64,000 nt of DNA from the IMG/VR virus record IMGVR_UViG_3300028182_000001, positions 32,001 through 96,000 of that record; one strand, 5' to 3'. Below the pieces are notes generated by a model. It was not told the DNA's origin. It did not search any database and worked only from the letters and a program-made list of their open reading frames with translations. Of this stretch, positions 56,039-64,000 are shown piece after piece (the first letter of the stretch is position 1; the number at the start of each line of letters is the position of its first letter). A program made the translations under genes and the position numbers. This DNA is from a virus.

Positions 56039-56311
56039 GTGAAACACAAATTTAAAATGTACGATTGGGACGAAGGTTGTTACTATATCATTCCGAAAGA
56101 AAATATTGTAGACGCAATACACTACGCTTGGAATTACGAGTTCGATGTCTACGACAGAGAATCAGGGGAGTTAATCTTCTCAGGACAAGAAGACGATGAC
56201 TTCAATTCAGAGATGCTAGAACCTTACGGGGTACGAGTTATTGAAACTGAGAAGCATCGCTGCTTGCAAACTATCGAGACAGGTGAAATTCACTTAGCAG
56301 AGTGGCAATAA
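56039..56311 (+). CDS. Acidic hypothetical protein
   Basis: 90 aa, RBS GAGGAGG. Confidence 0.78.
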   Translation: MKHKFKMYDWDEGCYYIIPKENIVDAIHYAWNYEFDVYDRESGELIFSGQEDDDFNSEMLEPYGVRVIETEKHRCLQTIETGEIHLAEWQ

Positions 56312-56314
56312 TGA

Positions 56315-56343
56315 TTGACAGTAACTATTCTGTATGCTAGAAT
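56315..56343 (+). promoter_or_regulatory. Sigma-A promoter
   Basis: TTGACA-N17-TAGAAT with extended TG. Confidence 0.85.
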
Positions 56344-56380
56344 ACTAGTTAGAAGTTAAGATATTAGGAGGAATAAATAA

Positions 56381-57193
56381 ATGGATACGTTGAAACCAGT
56401 AGAAGAATTGGAAGTATTATATATTGCACCACCAGGATTCGAACCTGAGAATGCTCACGGAGACGACTTCTGTGAAGATATCCGAGCATTAGAGGGCCGC
56501 TTAGTACCACAAGGTACATTTAAGTCGGTATTAGTACCGACAGGACTAAAGACTGCTTTTGCAACATCACACGGTATGAAGTTGAATACACGCAGTGGTT
56601 CAGGGTACCATACACCTCTTATCCTTTCAAACTCAACAGGTATTATCGAAGGATCGTATCGTGGTTATGTGGGAGTTATATTACGTAACACGTACCAAGA
56701 TAACTCGGTGGTAGACTTCGTATTCACAACAAAAGGTGAACGAGTTCCGTTATCTGAAGTACCTGAATCGGTATTAAAGAACGCTCGTGATTTCTATGAA
56801 GAAGATACAGTAAACTTAGGATACGATAAACCGAAGACAATGGAAGACTACGAAATCGAATTTGAAGCATGGGAAAGACGTTGGCATGGTGTTGATATCC
56901 ACGGGGCTATCTCAGGTATCTCAGCTAAGTTACAACGTGGAGAGATGTTAACAAAAGAAGAAGCAGACCTGTGGACAGATAGAAATGCTCCTCAACCTGC
57001 AATTCAACATCGCTTATTCGTAGACTTAGTTCCACGAGGAACTATCTACGTACAAGAGGGAGAGCGTATCGCTCAGATTCACTTCCAACCACGAGTAAAA
57101 CCAATTTGGAATAAATCTGAAGATGGTACACTACCTGATAGTGTTCGAGGAGAAGGCGGCTACGGTTCTACTGGTACTCACGAAAAGGAGTGA
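56381..57193 (+). CDS. dut: Trimeric dUTPase with large internal insertion
   Basis: VPTGL, RSG (II), GIIEGSYRG (III), GERIAQ (IV), RGEGGYGSTG (V). Confidence 0.88.
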   Translation: MDTLKPVEELEVLYIAPPGFEPENAHGDDFCEDIRALEGRLVPQGTFKSVLVPTGLKTAFATSHGMKLNTRSGSGYHTPLILSNSTGIIEGSYRGYVGVILRNTYQDNSVVDFVFTTKGERVPLSEVPESVLKNARDFYEEDTVNLGYDKPKTMEDYEIEFEAWERRWHGVDIHGAISGISAKLQRGEMLTKEEADLWTDRNAPQPAIQHRLFVDLVPRGTIYVQEGERIAQIHFQPRVKPIWNKSEDGTLPDSVRGEGGYGSTGTHEKE

Positions 57194-57198
57194 AGTAA

Positions 57199-57531
57199 AT
57201 GAGCCACACACCTAATAAGGTATTAGAGTATATAGAAGACATCATACATCTCAAGCGTAACCACGATGGACAAGGCTTACTAGCCCTTCAACGGGAAGGG
57301 AAAGAAAAGCAAGTATCGTTAGAAGAAGTGGGTTTTGCATTCATATCTGTTATGGATGACTTTACCCACTATGTTGATGCTTCCCAAGGATTAATGGAGA
57401 TGCGCTTTAAAGCGCTCGTAGACTCTCTAGACGAGGAGACGAAGGCTGAGGTACTCCAACAGTTCGAAGAAGCAGGAGACGACCTATTAAACACTATAAA
57501 GGAGACTGAAGAACATGGCGAAGGAAACTAA
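57199..57531 (+). CDS. Hypothetical protein
   Basis: 110 aa, RBS AAGGAG. Confidence 0.75.
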   Translation: MSHTPNKVLEYIEDIIHLKRNHDGQGLLALQREGKEKQVSLEEVGFAFISVMDDFTHYVDASQGLMEMRFKALVDSLDEETKAEVLQQFEEAGDDLLNTIKETEEHGEGN

Positions 57532-57901
57532 AGCAGTAGCATTAACATTAACAGATGAGGAGTTAGAGCTTTATGCTAACTACGTATTCTCAGGTAAAGT
57601 AGAAAAAGAAGAAGATGAGAAAGTAATCGAGGAATTACAACAACGTTCTGTTACATTAGGTGATGCGACTAATATTGCAAAAATGTTAGCAACACAGGTA
57701 GCACAACAACTAACTCACCAAATGGTAAACATCATGGAACGAGTACAAATTCAAGAAATCGTTCTTGAGAAGTTAGGCGCAAACGGTAAAACGAAAAAAG
57801 ACGCAAAAGTTAAATACAAGAAGCAGATCGAAGAACAGAAAGAGAAGCTTATCAAGTTACAGTCTGAAATGGCTGAAACATTAGAGAAAGAAGAAGAGTA
57901 A
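57515..57901 (+). CDS. Hypothetical coiled-coil protein
   Basis: 128 aa, RBS AAGGAG; overlaps the previous gene. Confidence 0.75.
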   Translation: MAKETKAVALTLTDEELELYANYVFSGKVEKEEDEKVIEELQQRSVTLGDATNIAKMLATQVAQQLTHQMVNIMERVQIQEIVLEKLGANGKTKKDAKVKYKKQIEEQKEKLIKLQSEMAETLEKEEE

Positions 57902-58164
57902 TGACTAGGTATCGGAAGAAGCCTGTTATCGTTGAAGCGGTCCAGTGGTTTGAAGGGATGCAAGTTGACGGAGTTATGGACAAGGCAATGCTATCAGAGG
58001 TTTGGTTGGACAAGACCTCCTCTGATGGACGATACGTTATTCCAACATTAGAGGGTTACATGACAGTTAGTAACGGTGATTACATTGTTACAGGTACGAA
58101 GAATGAAAAGTATCCAGTTAAACCCGACATCTTTGAAGAAATCTACGAAAGGGTTGAGGATTAA
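57901..58164 (+). CDS. Conserved phage protein (YRKKPV...TLEG...GDYI...YPVKPDIF family)
   Basis: Recognisable widespread phage motif; translationally coupled. Confidence 0.8.
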   Translation: MTRYRKKPVIVEAVQWFEGMQVDGVMDKAMLSEVWLDKTSSDGRYVIPTLEGYMTVSNGDYIVTGTKNEKYPVKPDIFEEIYERVED

Positions 58165-58733
58165 TGGCATCAACTGGTAGAGGTAGTAAAACAAAAGGGT
58201 CAGGCTACGAGTTAAAAACAGCCAAGACTCTAGCAGCTTGGAGTGGGGAACAGGTACACAGGGTTCCTCAATCAGGTGCAGGAGGACATACATGGGGTAG
58301 CGATAGCCGTATGAACGGTGACATTGTATTCCCTGTAGGAAGTAAAAATCCTTTTGTATACGAATGCAAGAAGCGTGAAGGATGGGAAATGCACCACTTA
58401 CTCCTAGGGATCGGTCAAATTAAAGTATGGTGGGAACAAGTTGTTACAGATGCTCGAAGAATGAAAGAGCACGGTATGGCTCCTTGTCTCATCTTCTCTA
58501 GGAACCGTGATAAGGACTACGTGTTAATTCCTTATATTCCTGAAGTATTTAATACTCTATTAATAAATAAACACCCAGTATCGTTACAACGAGTACGTTA
58601 CGATGACCTCCGTGGAGAAGAACAAAACTTTGATACGATTCTAACTACGTTAGACGGATTCACTTCTTTTGCTCCTCAGGAATTATTCGCACTGTATCAA
58701 GGTATGAACTGGGATATACATAATGCAAGTTAA
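58164..58733 (+). CDS. Holliday junction resolvase (PD-(D/E)xK, Hjc-like)
   Basis: SKTKGSGYE...RVPQSGA...GDI...YECKK. Confidence 0.82.
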   Translation: MASTGRGSKTKGSGYELKTAKTLAAWSGEQVHRVPQSGAGGHTWGSDSRMNGDIVFPVGSKNPFVYECKKREGWEMHHLLLGIGQIKVWWEQVVTDARRMKEHGMAPCLIFSRNRDKDYVLIPYIPEVFNTLLINKHPVSLQRVRYDDLRGEEQNFDTILTTLDGFTSFAPQELFALYQGMNWDIHNAS

Positions 58734-58764
58734 TACGTAAGTTTGAAAGGGGCAGACATAGAAA

Positions 58765-61104
58765 ATGGCAGATGTACAAATTATTAACCGAGGTAATATC
58801 ATTGAGTTCTACGATCCGAAGAAGGTAGAGAGCTATCTTCGCAGGTACACTCCCGAAGGAGTAAACGTTAATAGCATTGTAGGAAGTGTAACAGAGTTCG
58901 TAGAGTTAGAGGAAAACGTAACGAGCCTGAAAATCCAACAAGAACTATACTCTATCGCAGAGGGTTTAATCTCCGTACGTGAATCGTATTGGCAGGACGT
59001 AGCAGGATGTATTAAAGCAGACATCCTACGCAAAGAGGTATACAACAACCGTGGCTTTGAGAAAGGTTTAAAACGAGTACTAGAGCTAGGTTACGAAGGA
59101 GAACAATATACAAACTTCTTCGATAAATACTCTGACGAAGAAATTGCAGAGTTAGAGAAACATATTAACGAAGATAATGACTATTTCGTTAACCATGTAG
59201 GTGTACATATTGCTTATGACCGTTACACAACTTCAGTACCTGTTAAGAAAGAACATAACGGTAAAGAAATCACTGTAGGCGTTAAGAAGGTTGAAACTCT
59301 TCAAGAGCGTTACATGGTTGTCTCGATGTTCCTACACCAAAATGAAACAAAGGATCGTATTGCAAAAGTTATTAAAGGTTATAATCTTACAGGTGCTACA
59401 GACTTCACACCTGCAACACCGACCTTCATGAATAGCGGCCGACCGAATGGTAACTTATCATCTTGTTTCGTTGGTATGACTAATGACTCATTAGACGATA
59501 TCTACCGTGAAGCAGACCAATTTGCAAAGGTTTCTAAAAATGCAGGTGGTTACGGATTATACTTCGGTAAAGTTCGTTCATTAGGTTCTAGTATTCGTAA
59601 GAAGCCAGGTCTAAGTTCAGGTGCAGTACCATTCATGAAACTATTTGATGTAACCGCAGGTACAGTAGACCAGCAGTCAAAACGTCCAGGAGCAGTTACA
59701 ATCACATTAGACGTATGGCACCGTGATATTAGTACGTTCCTAAAAACACCTTTAGATAACACAATCCTAGAGAAGCAAATGCATAAAATCTTCCTAGCAG
59801 TATCTATTCCTGACTTATTCTTCCGTACGTTACAGAAGAACGAAGAGTGGTACCAGTTCGATCCGAAAGAAGTACAAGACATCATGGGATGGGGCTTAGA
59901 GGACAGTTACGATGAGAGAGAAGATGGTGGAACTTTCTCAGAACGCTATAAGCAATGTGTACAAGCATACAAAGCAGGTCACTTACAATTAGTAAACGTT
60001 ACAAACCCACTTACGATCCTAGCAGAGATTAACAAAACACGTATTGAAAAAGGACATCCGTTCCTATTCTTCCGTGACGCAGTTAACCGTGATAATGCGA
60101 ACGGTGGTATGATTTATTGCTCTAACTTATGTACGGAAATTGCAATCCCAATGTCAACTCCTACAATCGTTACAGAGGTTGTTAAGAAAGACGGAGAAGA
60201 CATCATGGTTCAGTACACAAGACCAGGAGATATCCCGACTTGTAACTTATCTTCTACTAACCTTAGCAAACTAGCGAAGGTACGTATCGCAGGTGGAGAT
60301 TGGAAAGCATACCTAGCAGACCTTATTCCAGTTCAGTACCGTATGTTAGCTAACGTAGTATTACTAAACGAGCAGGACGAAATGCCACAAACGAAGATTA
60401 GTTCTCTTCGTAAGCGTGAAGTAGGATTAGGTACGATGGGTCTAGCTCACGCACTAGCAATCTCTCACATTGCTATCGACAGTGAAAAAGCTCTCGAATG
60501 GCAAAATGAAGTATTCGAAGAAATTGCTTACCAAACAATTAAAGCAAGTATGGAACTAGCGAAAGAAACTGGTGACATTGCTCCTCATTTCCCTAAAACG
60601 AAATGGGCAGACGGTAGCTATATTGAAGGTAAGTTTAAAGCACACAGTGAAGATAAAGAACGTTGGGAAGAGTTAAAGCAAGATATCATTAAATACGGAC
60701 TGTATTCTACAATCCATATGGCTACGGCACCAACTGAAACTATCTCTTACATTGCTAATACAACGGCAGGTTCTGATCCTATCTACGGTAAAGAGTTTAC
60801 GTTAGAAAAAGCAGGAATCAAAACGAACATGGTGGCTCCTGGAATCGGTATGGATAACATCTTCTACTACAAAGATGCGTTCATCATCAAGAAGGGTATG
60901 TTCCTAAAAGGTGTTGGTATTCGTCAACGTTGGATTGACCAGTCTATCTCAACTAACCTATACTACATCAAGGATAACCTACAAGCATTCGATATGATTC
61001 AAGATTATATCACTGCTTGGAAAGAGGGAGCTAAAACAATCTACTACCACCGTTCACAAACAAACAAAGCTTACGAGCTTGCTTGTGAAAGTTGCGCAGG
61101 ATAA
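58765..61104 (+). CDS. nrdA: Class I ribonucleotide reductase alpha subunit
   Basis: TPATPTFMNSG, LSSCF, SNLCTEI, TCNLSS, APT, KTIYY, C-terminal CESC; subclass (Ia/Ib) not determinable by eye. Confidence 0.93.
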   Translation: MADVQIINRGNIIEFYDPKKVESYLRRYTPEGVNVNSIVGSVTEFVELEENVTSLKIQQELYSIAEGLISVRESYWQDVAGCIKADILRKEVYNNRGFEKGLKRVLELGYEGEQYTNFFDKYSDEEIAELEKHINEDNDYFVNHVGVHIAYDRYTTSVPVKKEHNGKEITVGVKKVETLQERYMVVSMFLHQNETKDRIAKVIKGYNLTGATDFTPATPTFMNSGRPNGNLSSCFVGMTNDSLDDIYREADQFAKVSKNAGGYGLYFGKVRSLGSSIRKKPGLSSGAVPFMKLFDVTAGTVDQQSKRPGAVTITLDVWHRDISTFLKTPLDNTILEKQMHKIFLAVSIPDLFFRTLQKNEEWYQFDPKEVQDIMGWGLEDSYDEREDGGTFSERYKQCVQAYKAGHLQLVNVTNPLTILAEINKTRIEKGHPFLFFRDAVNRDNANGGMIYCSNLCTEIAIPMSTPTIVTEVVKKDGEDIMVQYTRPGDIPTCNLSSTNLSKLAKVRIAGGDWKAYLADLIPVQYRMLANVVLLNEQDEMPQTKISSLRKREVGLGTMGLAHALAISHIAIDSEKALEWQNEVFEEIAYQTIKASMELAKETGDIAPHFPKTKWADGSYIEGKFKAHSEDKERWEELKQDIIKYGLYSTIHMATAPTETISYIANTTAGSDPIYGKEFTLEKAGIKTNMVAPGIGMDNIFYYKDAFIIKKGMFLKGVGIRQRWIDQSISTNLYYIKDNLQAFDMIQDYITAWKEGAKTIYYHRSQTNKAYELACESCAG

Positions 61105-61292
61105 TGAAAGCTATTAAAAAGGAAGACATGCTCCGCATCATTGCACATAACTTTGATGACGGAGAAGTCATCTTTAAAGATAGCAGTAGACTGGAACAGA
61201 TGTGGGAGCAGCTTGGGGACGATTGGTACATAGTTGATGGTCGATGGCAATTAACCAAAAAGAACGAGAAGTTAAACCCACAAAATAAATAA
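61104..61292 (+). CDS. Small hypothetical protein between RNR subunits
   Basis: ATG coupled to the nrdA stop (TAATG); 62 aa. Confidence 0.6.
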   Translation: MKAIKKEDMLRIIAHNFDDGEVIFKDSSRLEQMWEQLGDDWYIVDGRWQLTKKNEKLNPQNK

Positions 61293-61310
61293 GAAACACC
61301 TTGTACAGAC

Positions 61311-61339
61311 TTGCTTATAAAGTGAGTCTGTATTATACT
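61311..61339 (+). promoter_or_regulatory. Sigma-A-type promoter overlapped by an inverted repeat
   Basis: TTGCTT-N17-TATACT; dyad TACAGACTTGCTT/AAGTGAGTCTGTA at 61304-61332. Confidence 0.6.
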
Positions 61340-61374
61340 ATAACTGTGACTATATACATAAAGGAGCTAGAACC

Positions 61375-62505
61375 ATGACAGTAGAAAACAGAAAGAAAAT
61401 TAAATTATTACAACCAAAACAAAGTATGTTATATCCTAGTAAAATCTTAGCGAATGACGGAGTTAATAGTCTGAACTGGAATGATATTCGTTTCCCTCAG
61501 TTCCACACATTCTATGACAAAATGTTGGCTAATTTTTGGCGTGCAGAATCAGTTAAAATGAGCAAGGACGACCTTGACTATAAATCAGCACCTGAGAAAA
61601 TTCGTAAAGCTTATAACTTAGGACTGGGTAACTTAACGGCAATTGACGTTGTACAGACCCGTATGGCAAACATTCTATCGTTAGCTATCACAGACCCTTC
61701 TATTAGCGCTTGTTACGCAGTAGCAGGACAACAAGAAGCAGTACATACCCAATCTTACTCGTACGCTTTACTGGACAAGCTAGACAAAGCAGAACAGAAC
61801 CGTGTACTACGAGAAGCAGTTGCCGATCCTGTAGCACAAGAACGTAATAGTTTAGTAATCGCAGTCCTAGAAGAGATGGAAGATGCTTATAAGCTCTATA
61901 CGTTCAACGAGATTACGGCTCAAGAGTTCTCTAAATACTTAGCACGAGGGCTAGTAGCGATGTCAGTACTAGAAGGAGTAAACTTCTACTCTACGTTTAT
62001 GATGTTCTACTATATCCAACATCGTTATAGTATCCTAGATGGTACAGTAAGTATCATTCGTTACATCCATAAAGACGAGTTCCAACATACTTATCTGAAT
62101 GGTCATACACACCGTGCTCTATTAACGGACTACAAGATGACTGAAGAGGAAGAAGCAGAACACATTGAGTGGGCTACTAACTTCATTAAAGAGAACGTTA
62201 AACGTGAGATTAACTACGGAATTGATTTATTCACTACAATTAACGTACGTCCTTCTGAAATTGAAACATATATTACTTGGTTAGGTAATGTACGTGCTCA
62301 ATCACTAGGTCTACCGTTACCGTTCCCTGATGAGAAGTTCGCTGCTAATGAGAATCCGATCCCTTGGATGAAAGCATTTGATGATAGCCGTTTAGACGCA
62401 GGACAGAAGCAGGACTTCTTCGAGAAGACTGTAACTCAATACGAGCAATCAACAGCTGAGAACACAGAGATGAACCTAGCAGATTTATCTAAACTTCAGT
62501 TCTAA
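61375..62505 (+). CDS. nrdB: Class I ribonucleotide reductase beta subunit
   Basis: Ferritin-like ligands D (TAIDVVQ), ExxH plus radical Tyr (QEAVHTQSY), E (LEGVNFY), DExxH (KDEFQH); DFFE tail. Confidence 0.93.
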   Translation: MTVENRKKIKLLQPKQSMLYPSKILANDGVNSLNWNDIRFPQFHTFYDKMLANFWRAESVKMSKDDLDYKSAPEKIRKAYNLGLGNLTAIDVVQTRMANILSLAITDPSISACYAVAGQQEAVHTQSYSYALLDKLDKAEQNRVLREAVADPVAQERNSLVIAVLEEMEDAYKLYTFNEITAQEFSKYLARGLVAMSVLEGVNFYSTFMMFYYIQHRYSILDGTVSIIRYIHKDEFQHTYLNGHTHRALLTDYKMTEEEEAEHIEWATNFIKENVKREINYGIDLFTTINVRPSEIETYITWLGNVRAQSLGLPLPFPDEKFAANENPIPWMKAFDDSRLDAGQKQDFFEKTVTQYEQSTAENTEMNLADLSKLQF

Positions 62506-62510
62506 ATTAG

Positions 62511-62541
62511 AGAAGAGGAAAATTCCTCTTCTTTTTTTTTT
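62511..62541 (+). terminator. Intrinsic terminator
   Basis: AGAAGAGGA-AAAT-TCCTCTTCT followed by a T run. Confidence 0.88.
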
Positions 62542-62551
62542 GTATAAGTTG

Positions 62552-62580
62552 TTGACTTATAGGAAACAATGATATAAGAT
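62552..62580 (+). promoter_or_regulatory. Sigma-A promoter
   Basis: TTGACT-N17-TAAGAT. Confidence 0.72.
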
Positions 62581-62604
62581 AACGTTAACGATATAAGAGA
62601 GGGC

Positions 62605-63261
62605 GTGTTGATGATGAAACATGATATTGAGAAGTATGACAGAATAACGGTAACACAAGAAGACGTGGAGCGTTTATTTGCTTGGAGAGATAAGAACAAA
62701 GAGTTAGTTCGAAACTTTAGTCCAGTATTGGAAGAAGGTGTTATCATAAACTCTGTAACACCACTTGTAAGGTACGTGTTCAAGAAAGAGGGGGATAGAT
62801 ACCTATATAGTATCATTAACAAGTCCGATGACGTAGTATTGCACGCATTAATATGGGATTATACTACAGGTGAAGGTGTAACTGCCCACACAATACTGGA
62901 TAACAGTCAAGCAAAAGACTACAACGAAACACTTATCTCCTTACATGCATCTTTAATGGCATACATGGAGCACTACCAAGATAACGAAGAGTATGTACGC
63001 AGACAGACGAACTCCGTTGTGGTAGGTCATAAGAAGCATAAGAAGTCCAAAAAGAAAACACCGATTAAGATACGTAGGAAGGTTTACTCACTTACAATTA
63101 CAGAGGAGAGCTTAAACGAAGTTACACGATCCTACGAACGCCAAATTGATAAATGGACTGTAAGAGGTCATTGGAGAAAAACAAAGAATGGTCAAGTATG
63201 GATTAAACCTCATGTCAGAGGAGAAGGGAAAGAAGTTACACCAAAAGAATATAAGTTGTAA
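62605..63261 (+). CDS. Hypothetical protein with basic C-terminal WxVRGHWR...WIKPHxRG motif
   Basis: 218 aa, own promoter; start is TTG 62608 or a nearby ATG/GTG. Confidence 0.8.
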   Translation: MLMMKHDIEKYDRITVTQEDVERLFAWRDKNKELVRNFSPVLEEGVIINSVTPLVRYVFKKEGDRYLYSIINKSDDVVLHALIWDYTTGEGVTAHTILDNSQAKDYNETLISLHASLMAYMEHYQDNEEYVRRQTNSVVVGHKKHKKSKKKTPIKIRRKVYSLTITEESLNEVTRSYERQIDKWTVRGHWRKTKNGQVWIKPHVRGEGKEVTPKEYKL

Positions 63262-63269
63262 AAAAGTTG

Positions 63270-63299
63270 TTGACTAAAAGACAACCTACATGCTATAGT
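63270..63299 (+). promoter_or_regulatory. Sigma-A promoter
   Basis: TTGACT-N18-TATAGT with extended TG. Confidence 0.7.
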
Positions 63300-63323
63300 A
63301 AGTACAGAAGTTAAGAAAAGGAG

Positions 63324-63557
63324 ATGTTACAAATGAAAATAAACGAAACAGTTTATGTGAATGGTAACTTAGAGTACGCATCTGAGGATGGTGCAATCTA
63401 CGTAGTTATTGAACACGGTACAGGAGACATAATAGGTTTGGAGTATAATGACGCTACTGTCCACACTCTATACTCATTCATGTCAAAAGTAAAGTCTGCG
63501 TACAATAGACGTGCAACAAAACAAGCATTAGAAAATATATCAATAGGAGGAGAGTAA
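63324..63557 (+). CDS. Hypothetical protein
   Basis: 77 aa, RBS AAAGGAG. Confidence 0.75.
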   Translation: MLQMKINETVYVNGNLEYASEDGAIYVVIEHGTGDIIGLEYNDATVHTLYSFMSKVKSAYNRRATKQALENISIGGE

Positions 63558-63558
63558 C

Positions 63559-63837
63559 ATGAGATACACGTTAAAGAAAGCTTTAGTTGCTAGTAGAACT
63601 TCAAGTAGTGGACGAGTTGGTACTCCGATTCTAGGGTACTCTTTGCTAGATAGCGAAACAGGAGAAGTGAGTATCTATAGTAAATATGACGCTTACCGAT
63701 TCGTAAAGTACCACAAAGCTACAAACTGCGAAGCAAAGACACGTACGATGGTGGTAGACGGGGAAAGTGAAACAATCTATTACTTAAAACCAAATGACGG
63801 AACAAAAATGAACGAATATCTATTATCAGTAGAATAG
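63559..63837 (+). CDS. Hypothetical protein
   Basis: 92 aa, RBS AGGAGG. Confidence 0.75.
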   Translation: MRYTLKKALVASRTSSSGRVGTPILGYSLLDSETGEVSIYSKYDAYRFVKYHKATNCEAKTRTMVVDGESETIYYLKPNDGTKMNEYLLSVE

Positions 63838-63849
63838 GAGGAGAATAAT

Positions 63850-64000
63850 ATGGCTAAAAGACGTTGGAGTTGTGAAAATTGTGGGTACAACGAGATAGTT
63901 GATGCTCACGCAACATTTGTATTATGTCCTGAGTGCGACTCAATAAGATTCGACCACGGTAGTATCATCGAAGATTACGATAATCTAGCCGATCCTAACA
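63850..64000 (+). CDS. 3'-truncated zinc-ribbon protein
   Basis: RBS AGGAGG, ATG 63850; MAKRRWSCENCG...LCPECDS (two CxxC); runs off the window end. Confidence 0.75.
   Translation, partial: MAKRRWSCENCGYNEIVDAHATFVLCPECDSIRFDHGSIIEDYDNLADPN

Noticed and set aside
58765-62505. Introns, inteins or a metal-free (class Ie) variant in the RNR genes
   Set aside because: Both ORFs are continuous and of normal length, and all beta-subunit carboxylate/His ligands and the radical Tyr are present.

Overview
This 64-kb window is part of a large lytic myovirus genome of a Bacillus-type host. Gene order and protein motifs match the SPO1/Twort/Bastille-like group (Herelleviridae, probably Bastillevirinae); this is judged from recognition, not from a database search. 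All credible protein genes are on the + strand. From 0.7 to 44.6 kb lies the virion module: portal, prohead protease, scaffold, major capsid, neck, sheath, tube, frameshifted tail chaperones, tape measure with glucosaminidase domain, NlpC/P60 tail lysin, a fibre/receptor-binding cluster and the baseplate. It is driven by TGTTATATTA-type late promoters and interrupted by accessory genes. An AT-rich putative origin lies at about 44.8-45.1 kb. From 45 to 64 kb lies the replication and nucleotide module: SF2 and DnaB helicases, HTH initiator-like protein, SbcD/SbcC-like nuclease, primase, dUTPase, Holliday junction resolvase and class I RNR, driven by sigma-A promoters. The most notable unexplained signals are: (1) a ~365-nt structured non-coding RNA at 290-652 with a long-range closing helix and an array of 7-nt repeats, directly downstream of a coiled-coil gene (candidate protein-RNA system); (2) a sigma-A-driven minus-strand small RNA at ~44646-44764 whose loop is complementary to the ribosome-binding site shared by the capsid and sheath genes; (3) a triple WalR box before a YocH-like 3D-domain gene; (4) conditional restriction-site avoidance implying CCGC and GGATC modification; (5) a +1 frameshift at UCC-UUU-CGA in the tail chaperone. 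No tRNA, rRNA, CRISPR array, intron or transposase was recognised.
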